From NCBI GenBank assembly GCA_964016885.1, contig OZ024752.1, positions 8,432,001 through 8,496,000 of the forward strand: a DNA stretch of 64,000 nt, read 5' to 3'. Below the pieces are notes generated by a model. It searched no databases. It was given only the letters and a program-made list of their open reading frames with translations, and had not been told where the DNA came from. Of the stretch, positions 1 through 10,945 are shown one piece after another. The position numbers and the translations under genes are program-made. This stretch comes from Eledone cirrhosa (Eukaryota). The stretch's first letter is position 1. Every line of letters starts with the position of its first letter.

Positions 1-139
1 AAATTACTTTCTGGTTTATATTTACACTTATGTAAAGATCATCCTACGTTAAACATTTGTCATTTCATCTGCTTCCTTCCTCATATCGCTTTCACATTAA
101 CTAGCAATGGTTTGGTTTTTAGTCATGTAGTTCTCTTAA

Positions 140-480
140 TGGTTCAATGGATGAAAGAGAGAGAGAGAGGCAGAAGATGATGGGATTAGAGCCAATGATG
201 AATGTTGTGAAGAGAAATAGAATGAGATGGTTAGGTCATGTGTTGAGGAAGGATGAAAGTAACTGGATGATTTGAATAGAGCTAGTGGTGGATATTGTGA
301 AGAGAGATGGAATGAGATGGTTGGGTCATGTGTTGAGAGGAGTGATGAAAGGAGAAAACCAAGAAAAATATGGCAAAACATGAGGGAGGATGAAATGAAA
401 GCCATTGGGAATCAGATAATAGAGCAAAATAGAGAATCATGTCATATGGCTTGCAAGGTTAACCTCTGCTTTAACAGGGA
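140..480 (+). mobile_element. Old RTE LINE 3' fragment
   Basis: MGLEPMMNVVKRNRMRWLGHVLRKDES and RKPRKIW motifs, partly duplicated. Confidence 0.7.
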
Positions 481-1349
481 AAGTAGTCATAAAATATTTG
501 TTGTGTTGTTAAAACCTCTAAATGATTACCAACATCCTTTTTCTGTTAAAAAAAAAAGTACACATTCTTATAACTATTATAGTAACATTTCTGTACCTAT
601 TCTCAATTGGTGAGAGACAGTGCAAGCCTTATAATTGCGTCCATACACAACCAACATCAACATTTTATATCTATTTTCACAATTCTAAACATCTCAAATT
701 TCTGACAGTCATAACATAAAATGTTGGAAAAGATCTCAATTTAAGCTTCTCTCCTTGATAAACATACTTCTTATCTATTTGACATTGTTCCTTGTATGAC
801 CACATGCAGAGCTGAGTGGTTAGAAAGTTCTCTCTGTAGTTATAAGGTCTGATCCCTCTATGTAGCGTCTTGGGAAAGCCTTGTGAATAAAATTGGGCAA
901 ACATAAACTGTGTGGAAGCCTGTTGGATGGATTAAATCTGTAATTCACATACTGTGTGATACTGTTTGTGTCTAAGAGTTATGTTATAGGTTCACATTTC
1001 TGTACAATATTCAACTAGTAATGTGTTAATTGATGTCAGATATTCACTGAATACTCATTGTTGATACCATGGAGGTGGGGTGGGGATTCACCAGTGTTCC
1101 TTGCATCATCTCTCCTTCAGGCCTCTCTTTTATGACCCTCTCTACTATACCACACTCTTTCCAGTCCTCTCACCTTTTATGACCTTCTCTACTATATCAC
1201 ACTCTCCCTAATTGGTGTGTTGCTCCATTCATATTTCTAAGTTGAGGGTCACAGCAGGTACAAACCTTTTAATGTTGTAGTCTGTCTCCTTGTTACTCTT
1301 TTACCTGTTCTAGGCCGTGCTGGGGCACCACCTATTGTTAAATAGTGTT

Positions 1350-1622
1350 GCTTAATGAGTTTTTGAATTTGTATGTGGCGATAGGATTGCCATGGGTTCA
1401 GTTCCTGGACTGGGCTGTATGTTGTGTTCTTGAACAAAACACTTCATTTAAGATTGCTCCAGTATACTCAGCTGAAAATGTGTACCAGCAGCAATAGCTG
1501 GGAGTTTAACCCTGTGGTAAACTGGTGTCCTGTCCAGGGGGAAGTCTTGTACTCTCAGTTGCTTCACATCATAGAAACTGGGACAAACACCGGTCTGATG
1601 ATCTTTGGGGCTCAAAACAGAC
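1350..1622 (+). mobile_element. tRNA-derived SINE
   Basis: B-box-like gggttcagttcct, then gttgtgttcttgaacaaaacactt..actcagctg core; related copies at 5585-5805 (+), 43715-43910 (-), 47200-47320 (+) and 47495-47745 (+). Confidence 0.7.
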
Positions 1623-1630
1623 TTTAGACT

Positions 1631-1842
1631 TTAACCCTTTACCATTTACATTACTCTATATTTACTACTGTATTTTCACGGTAAAGGTTTTACCTCACAT
1701 AATATCAAATCTACCATATTTTGATATTATTTAGAGAACAATACTTTAACATAAGTATGAATAGCCAGTTACAGCCAGTTTGAACAGAAAGAGGTGAGAG
1801 AATTCTGGCCGGAAACGACCGGTTTAAATGCTAAAGGGTTAA
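1631..1842. mobile_element. piggyBac-type MITE (TTAA TSD)
   Basis: TTAA-CCCTTTACCATTTA ... TAAATGCTAAAGGG-TTAA. Confidence 0.85.
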
Positions 1843-1959
1843 GGGATTGTTCAACTTTCATACATGTCTTCTCCAACGTGTCCTGTATCTGAAGAGTTTG
1901 TCTACTTCTGGGGAAGGACTCAGTAACACAACCAACTGTCTATTTCCTGGTAGTTTGTC

Positions 1960-2491
1960 TGTTCACATCAGTAGTAAGTGATCAAATGACTGGCTGGGTC
2001 TCTGATGGCTTGACTATTCACATCAGAAGTAAGTAATCAAATAATTTGCTGGGTCTCTGATGGCTTGACTATTCACATCAGAAGTAAGTAATCAAATAAT
2101 TTGCTGGGTCTCTGATGGCTTGACTATTCACATCAGAAGTAAGTAATCAAATAATTTGCTGGGTTTCTGATGGCTTGACTATTCACATCAGCAGTAAGTA
2201 ATCAAATAATTTGCTGGGTCTCTGATGGCTTGACTATTCACATCAGAAGTAAGTAATCAAATAATTTGCTGGGTCTCTGATGGCTTGACTATTCATATCA
2301 GAAGTAAGTAATCAAATAATTTGCTGGGTCTCTGATGGCTTGACTATTCACATCAGAAGTAAGTAATCAAATAATTTGCTGGGTCTCTGGCGGCTTGGCT
2401 GTTCACAGTAGTTAGTGATCAAATAATTTGCTGGGTCTCTGATGGCTTGGCTGTTCACATCAGCAGTAAGTAATCAAATAATTTGCTGGGT
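1960..2491. repeat. 55-bp minisatellite, ~9.5 copies
   Basis: Unit cacatcagaagtaagtaatcaaataatttgctgggtctctgatggcttgactatt. Confidence 0.95.
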
Positions 2492-3287
2492 TAGTCTTAC
2501 AAATAGTAAAATTATTTCTATCACAACTGCAAGAGGCATGATTTCTCGTCATTTCAAACACCATATCCGTCATCTTCCATCATCTTCATGTACATCAGAG
2601 TAACCATTCTAAGAATATTTTTAATCTAATGCTGTGATTATAAAAGAGGACACATTTGCTCAGAATAAGTCAAAAGAATGCTTCAAGATTGGACATTTGA
2701 TTTGATTTCATTTTTTTTTTCATTAAGTATGCATTTATAAATAAAATTATCTTTGAAAAATACACTATTTTCTATATTTTGTATGATATATATATAGCAT
2801 CACTACTGTAATCCTTTGTGTTCTCAGGTCCCAAATAATAAGGGGGAGGGGAGGTCAGTAATTTTTCTAGGTTGTGCTGTGAAAACTGAGATACTCGTCC
2901 TCCCAAGGAAGCCTGTGCAGTGTACTCTACATGTGAATGGATAATTATGGGGGGCTGTGAAATACAATAATATATATAGTGCTAAAGGGTTAAGTGTTGG
3001 TATCTCAATAAAAGTCGATCTGTTAAGTGGTAACACTGGTGCTGCAATAAAAATACACCCAGTACACTCTGTAAAGTGGTAGTGCTGGTACCTCAATAAA
3101 ATACACCCAGTACACTCTGTAAAGTGGTTGGAGTTAGGACAGAAACGATGTCAACACAGGGAATATAAACGCAAGATGCGTTTTTTGTCTCATTTACTAA
3201 GAGACTGTGATGACACGTCCAGCACATGCCAGCAACAAAGGCAGATGTAAAATGATGATTGATTGTGTAAGGAAATAATAAACCACC

Positions 3288-3464
3288 ATAGGTGCTGAGC
3301 TAGCCAGCCGCAGGTGTGAGCCTCATGAGATGGAATGGCTCTTCCAGTGCATCCCCCTTACCATCCTCCAGGGAAACGCCTTCTCCATTCTGTCTGCCGG
3401 GGCTGTGGGGCGGCCAGCATGTAGGACCCAATTTGCTCATAGTACAGAGAGATGTGGAGGGTGA
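3288..3464 (+). mobile_element. C-terminal fragment of an RLE-type (CRE-like) non-LTR retrotransposon
   Basis: IGAELASRRCEPHEMEWLFQCIPLTILQGNAFSIL resembles the ..E..WLFQR.S.AVQRGNA.SIL RLE terminus. Confidence 0.55.
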
Positions 3465-4131
3465 GAGAGATGGAGGTGATGACTGGGAGTTTGGGTTCTT
3501 CTGTGTTCAGACATATTTATCATTTCTATGTTGCTGTTGATAATTAGTCCATAATAAGATTACTGTCGTATTTTATCGTTAGAATGTTTTCTATATCGGT
3601 GCAAATCTTCTTATAAAGAAGAATTTAGTTTAAAATAATAAACATATGAAGAATGACAACAACTGTATCAGATAGTTCATCAGCAAATAAACATATTTAA
3701 TAAGTTGTGAATAAGATGAATGGTTGAAAACCTATATCTTCAAAAATTGAGAGTTCACAATACATGTAGGTAGAAAATATCAGATACAGTGATATAGAAT
3801 CACAGGAACTATAAGTGTGGTTGATGTAGGGATCATGAGAATTATTACCATTCAACTTGACGACCACAATCACTGAAGTGGTGTCACATACATCAAAATG
3901 ATTCTGCTTAGTAGCTTTGAAATGTCACCATGCAGTAGCTTTGAATTTAAGAATATTTTTGCTCTAGCATCAAACTCAGTGGTTGGGGAAAATTGAAAGG
4001 AACATTGGTCACGAGAGTTGACAAGTGTTGATAGATATCTCAGTGTTGTAAAGTATGGTTGATGGTGGATCATAGAACTTTAATGTGATGGAAGTACAAA
4101 AGACAAATAAATTCAAATGTTATGTCTGTCC

Positions 4132-4217
4132 CTAATATCGTCTCATTTGTTTTTTAAATCTTTCATAATGGAAGTCATCAGTTGCTTTTTCTTCCGGTTC
4201 AACTGTAACTCTTCGGG
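4132..4217 (-). CDS. C9orf78: C9orf78 exon 9 (terminal)
   Basis: RRVTVEPEEKATDDFHYERFKKQMRRY then TAG; ttacag acceptor. Confidence 0.95.
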
Positions 4218-7200
4218 CTGTAAAATAATGAAAGTAAAATGTATAACCCTTCTATTACCATATTTCTAGTGAAAGACACTACCTATGTCATTAACCCTTT
4301 CGTTACCATATTTCTAATGAAAGACACTGTCTATGTCATTAACCCTTTCATTACCATATTTCTAATGAAAGACACTGTCTATGTCATTAACCCTTTCATT
4401 ACCATATTTCTAATGAAAGACACTATCTATGTCTTTAACCCTTTCGTTACCATATTTCTAATGAAAGACACTGTCTATGTCATTAACCCTTTCATTACCA
4501 TATTTCTAATGAAAGACACTATCTATGTCTTTAACCCTTTCATTACCATATTTCTAATGAAAGACACTGTCTATGTCATTAACCCTTTCATTACCATATT
4601 TCTAATGAAAGACACTGTCTATATCATTAACCCTTTCATTACCAATGGAATATACAGACACACACTGACACCCATGTAGAATAAAATAAATTTCAACTCA
4701 CATTTTTTATCCATTTCCCCAATTTTCTCAGCATCACCAACTCTTAAAAGTTTTGGTTTCAGAAGCAAATGTTTATCTTTCAATCTTGGTCCATTTTCTT
4801 CAATTGTAACTGGAAACAGAAACAGAAATTGTAAGAAAATAGTGAAGAATAACAAAACGTGATTTTAGATGTCAACAAACCTCATGTATATGTAGTTGAT
4901 CTCTCAATCTTTTACAAAGTGGTGAGGGGATAGAATTAATATAAAATAAGGTGTGCTTATGTACAGAGATGCTATAAAATAACTTATAAAATAGGGTGAA
5001 GACCCTTAAAGAGAGAAAAAGGAGTTGCCATCAGCTGTTATGAGGAATGAAACCCCATGTTTTCCTGAGGTTTAACTCTAGCATTTAAACCGGCTGTATC
5101 TGGCCAGAATTCTCTCACCTTTTTCTGTTCAAACTGACCATAACTGGCCACTCATATTTATGTTAAGGTATTATTCTCAAAACAAATAATATCAAAATCT
5201 CATAAATTCAATATTATGTGAGATAAAGTCTTTACCGTGAAAATACAATAGTATATATAGAGTAATGTAAATGGTAAAAGTTAATTTCTCATAGTGGCTG
5301 ATGGCAACTTTTTCAGTCTTTAAGGATCTTCCCCTTATTTTATAAGTTATGTTATAGTATCTCAGTACATGAACACAACATATTTTATAGGATTTCAAAT
5401 ATTTCAGTGAAATTTAAGAGATCTTTAATTTATAAGAAACAGAATAGGCAACTGTCATAAAATAACCAACATTTCTACATAAAAAATAAACAGAGATTTT
5501 CAATTCTTATTCTTGTGGGTAATATTTTGGTAAAGAACTGGTCATCAAAACATTGTATTTCTCCTTCAGCTAAGTATCTGTGGTGAAGCTACATAGTCTA
5601 ATGGTTAGGGTGCTGGACTTATGATCAAAATGTTGTTGGGTTCAATTCCTGGACAGGCTGCAGCATTGTGTTTTTGAGCAAAACACTTTAATTCCCACAT
5701 TGTTCCAGTACACTCAGCTGTGAGTGAGTACCAACAGTAGCTGGGGGAGTTACTCCTGCGATAGACCGGTTTCCTATCCAGGGATAGTCTTGTACACTCA
5801 GTCACTTTTAAAAATAATTGTTTCTACTTTTGGCATAAGGCCAGCAATTATCAGTGTATTACTGGTACTTTATTTTATCGACCCTGTAAGGATGAAAGGC
5901 AAAGTTAACCTCTCATCCTTACAGGGACAATAAAATAATGATGAAGAGAAAGAAGTAGACAAAGATATAGCGAGAAATACTTACAGCGATTATGCTGGAC
6001 AAAGTTCACAGCCATATTTGTTGGGACAAACTCGGACACTTCACTGTCCTTCTTCTTCATCATTTCTTGAACAAGCTTCTGTTTAGCATCTTCAGTATGT
6101 TCAATATTTCTGATTTTAGCACTGTCAAAAATAATACAAGTGAAATGATAACAAAAACCACTGGAATATAATTTTTAGTAAAATCAAATAAATTTTATAG
6201 CTGAAGGGAAGTAAATCTTGATATATATACAGAGGAGGACCTGCACAATTTCTCTCCCCTTGGTTTAAAAACGCCATCACGACACAAAGTCTTTACTTGG
6301 TCGCTCTACCAGCTAAAGATATCTTCAACAAAATAAATATATAAAAGCAGACTAAGAAATACCGACATATTCGCCATAATAATATTTATAATTCTTTAAT
6401 AAGACATTGTTAATGAAAAACAAGGAAGAAACGTCACTTCGTAGGAACCTTATACACATTGGATGTTGTTTGAGCAGACGATAGTTACTGCTGTGTATGC
6501 ATGTCACTGTCGCTGTGTGTGTGTGTGTAGTTGTGTATGTATGTCACTGTCGCTGTGTGTGTGTGTAGTTGTGTATGTATGTCACTGTCGCTGTGTGTGT
6601 GTGTAGTTGTGTATGTATGTCACTGTAGCTGTATGTGTGTCACTGTAGCTGTGTGTGTGTATAGCTGAGTATGTATATAGCTGAGTATGTATATAGCTGT
6701 GTGTGTGTGTGTATAGCTGTGTGTGTATGTGTATCACTAGCTGTGTGTGTGTATCTGCGTTTTCTCTTTCTCTCTCTCTCCCTCTAACTCACTCTTACTC
6801 TTTCTATCTCCCCCCCCCCCCCCCTCTCATTACACTGTATCTCCCACTCCGCTCATTACATCAACTCAATCAACCAACGTTTATTTCTCTCTCTCTCTCA
6901 GTTTACCCCCCCCCCCTTATATCCCTTTGTTACGTTCTATCTCCTCTCTCTTTTACTCTGTATATCTTTATTACTTTCTCATTCCCCTTACTCTCCCTCC
7001 CTCTCTCTGTGTGTTACTATCGCTTTCTCTGTCACTGTTATTCTCTTTCCCTCTCTCTATCTCTCTACGTTACTCTCCCTCCCTCTCTCTACATCACTGT
7101 GTTACTCCCCCCTTCCCTCTCTGTTACTCTCCTCCCTCTCTCTATCTCAGTGTTACTCTCCATCCCTCTCTCTATGTTATCATACGTGACGTAAGACCAT

Positions 7201-7538
7201 CACATCGTCGTCGGAGGTTTATATTTTAGACAGACGACACCACATGGAAACCTGCACCTGGTCATTCAACCTGCTAGAAATAGCAGCCAAATATCTATTG
7301 GGTGTTATAAAAGGAAAAAAACATCGGGAAGTATATATATATATATATAGGAAAAGGTATGACACCGACGGCAGAGCTCAAGCCGTTTCGACGGCTATTT
7401 CTGGACCAGAAATAACCGTCGAAACGGCTTGAGCTCTGCCGTCGGGCTCATACCTTTTCCTATTATCCACTCTACTACCCTAAGTATTGAGTACTCTGGT
7501 GCGTTATGGTCCATCTGGTTCCTTACCACAATTCCTTC

Positions 7539-7572
<34 letters not shown>

Positions 7573-10500
7573 ATAAATGTATAATAAACAATACAATATA
7601 ATTACCTCATTACCAGAGGTTTCCCGAATAAAACGAATACGAAAAACGTATGAAAGCACGCGTATAAACACACACACACACACACGCGCGCGCGCGGTCA
7701 CTTATATGCGGAAGATAAAGAGGGAAGGGAGTGTAATAGTAAAAAGAAGTGTCATTCTCGATATATATATAAAAATGAAACAATATATGAGAATGAAAAA
7801 ATTTTTTTAAATCAAAGAGAAAGTAATCAATTAACACTAGAGAAAAGAAAACAAACATAGGTACGCACGTACACACACATATATATATATAAAATATTTA
7901 TACACACAAATACGTACAGACAAAAGCGCATGCATGCGTACATACATACACACGAGGCACGTATATATATATATATATATATATATATCGCCTCATGTAT
8001 ATCTAATCACACGTACGTACGTGACTATATATATATACATATATACATACACACCCATACATACGTATACATATACACACATATACATACACATACATTC
8101 ACCCGCATACACACACACACGTATAAATAAGTATGTAAAAAACAGATATAAAAAAACTTAGATATAAAAACACACATACACACACATATATATACGTACA
8201 CACGCACACATACGGAGGTGTTCGTATACATATACAAAACGTATACACACATATGCACACTCACACGCATAGATACAGATTATAAACCAGCCGTATGAAT
8301 AAATGAGTACAAATATAAAATCGGCTGCGAAACAACAGAATATATCTGAAGTGTAAAACGCAAGTGACATGTGATATCAGGTAGTGAAAGAAAATGGGGA
8401 AGTAAAAGAGAATGTGAAGATATTAGGTAAGTGAATCGAAAAGTAGGGGGAGGGGTTACTGGTGGATGTAAAATAAAAATAAAATTAAAAATAAAGTTAA
8501 AAATGAAAGTAAATCAGAAAGAGAAATCTGTAAAGAGGATAATTTAAGGAAAGTGAAGAATAAGAGTTTATGGAGGATAAGTATCTGAAAGTGAGTTAAG
8601 TTTATATGAGCTGGAAAGTAAGTGTGATTTCATGTTTGGGCAACTGGTGAAAATTTCTGTTTTTGCATTTAGGCAGGTTTTTGGTGATTTAAGGTTCTGT
8701 AAAATCCAATATTTTTCACTTATGCAGAGTGCATCTTCTTGTTCCTCTTGCATATTCTTTAGATTGGTTCAAAATTGACCAATCCAATTTATATTGGATA
8801 CTTTGGTCTTTCAAATCCCATATTCTGCTAGCCAGAGCTGTTGGGAATCTTTTTTCTGGATGTCGAAAGGATGCGACATGTGAGTAATAACGGTTTTGAA
8901 TTTGTCTTGTGTCATACCCACATATCGTTCGCTGGTGGCTGGTAGGTTGTTGCTGATGGTTGTCACTTTAGCCGCATATACAATGGCTTTGGTGTTGCAT
9001 TTACCTTGTAATGGGCATTCACTTTTGACTCTACAGGAGCAATTTTGATGTTCTCTAGGTGATTTCTTATTGATGATATAAGATTTAATAGGGGGATCAC
9101 AGGAGTAGCTAATTTTGACACAGTTTCTATTGAAGATCTTATAGTATCTATGTGTTCTAGGGAAATGTTTATCTAAGAGCTCTATGAATTTTTTGCCTAC
9201 ATTAGTTTTAACTGCTAGAGAGTAGGGGGTGTGAACCAGATTATTTTTCTTTTCCTATTATTATGTTTAAAAGAGTTAGTATGGTTGGGTATGTACTTAA
9301 TCGGTTCGCTAAATCAGCTATTTTGAAGGGCTTTATTATAGTAGGGGGATGCCTTATTGAAAATAGCTTCTGAGGAAGAGAGGGTGGAGATCCTACGGCT
9401 AATATTAGGGATAAGGTTTTTAAAAACTATAGGAGGATGGCAAGAGCCTTTATTTATATATTTTAAATTTTCATTAGGTTTATGGTACGGTTTATAAGAA
9501 GCAGTAGGCAGATCTAGGTTTATATCTAGAAAATTAACATTGGAAAGGTTAGTGTCAATAGTAATTTTAAGATTAAAACTAGCGAAGGTTTTTATTAAGT
9601 CTTTCCTTAATCTAAGTTATGGCCTATGGTGGTATGGGAAAGTATTAGACCATCGTCGCGATAAAGTCCCAAAATATGGTTAGGGAATTTTTCTTTAAGT
9701 GTGTGTAGGAGGAATAGGCCGACTAAATCACAAACATCAGCACTGTCAAAAGAACCCATTGAGACATCGAATGGGTTCTCTGGGTTAGATATTTTTACCC
9801 AAGTGTCATTATCAGTAAAGAGTAGAGTGTTTCTAGCATGCAAGATGACATTCTCTTCAATATCAGAAATATTGGTAAACTTTCTAGAGAAATTTAAGGC
9901 TTTCGCTAAAAGAGTCTGAGTGATAGACGGGTAGAAATCTACAATGTCAAATTGGGTGAATCTAGAACTATTTTTATCTTTAATATTATTAAACAATGTA
10001 CTACGGAAGAGCTATTTATCCATTGGAGTAATTCAGACTGACTTCTAATCTGTGTGTTTATATTATTTAAAATTTTGTTGCTGGCAAGACCGATATCAGT
10101 CTTAGCAGGGTTGATTAATCTACAACTAGGACGATTAATAAAGTCAGGTTTGTGATCTTTAAGGGTGATATAGGTATTACGTTTAGCAAGTTTTTCTGTC
10201 CTATTATCTATTTTTAAAGAACTAGCTAATTCTTTAGCTTCCTTATTTATATTATTATACGTGTTTATATTAGCTATTTGGTATTTAGAGGTGATGTTAT
10301 CTATTAAGAGTTGGTCATGTTAATTATTATTAACTTCGTATAAGTTTTTAGTTTTGTCGGAGAAAATGAACTTATTTTTAGAAGATTTGAATATTGAAAT
10401 ATCATTAGATAGTTTAGATTGAAAAGGGTTAGAGTACTTACGAAAATTGATATTGTTGATTAGAATAACTAAGTCTAGTTCAAAAGCGGTCATATCTTTT

Positions 10501-10874
10501 ACTCTTTGCAGGTATTTATGAGTTATGTATATTCATTCTATTACACAAGTGACCTCCACAGGACTGGAACAGTTTCATTCGTAAGAAATCATTAGGGTGA
10601 TTTCTTACAAATGAAACAGCTCGTCATGTTGAGGTCACTTGTATAATAGAATGAATATATATATATAGATATATATATAGAAGTGGTTACACAACAGTAT
10701 ATATTTCAGGCTTAACTGGCCTTCGTCAGGACGGTCCCTCCCACCACTTGCGGGACCGTCCTGACGAAGGCCAGTTAAGCCTGAGATGCATACTGTTGTG
10801 TAACCACTTCTACCTAACTCGTCCCATGGACTGAGTGCTCTACCACTACGGATATTACCTTCCAGTGTTCTACC

Positions 10875-10945
<71 letters not shown>

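Noticed and set aside
4239-4679. 146-aa hydrophobic repeat ORF
   Set aside because: Translation of the 48-bp minisatellite
6703-8370. Several 60-160-aa ORFs
   Set aside because: Simple-repeat translations
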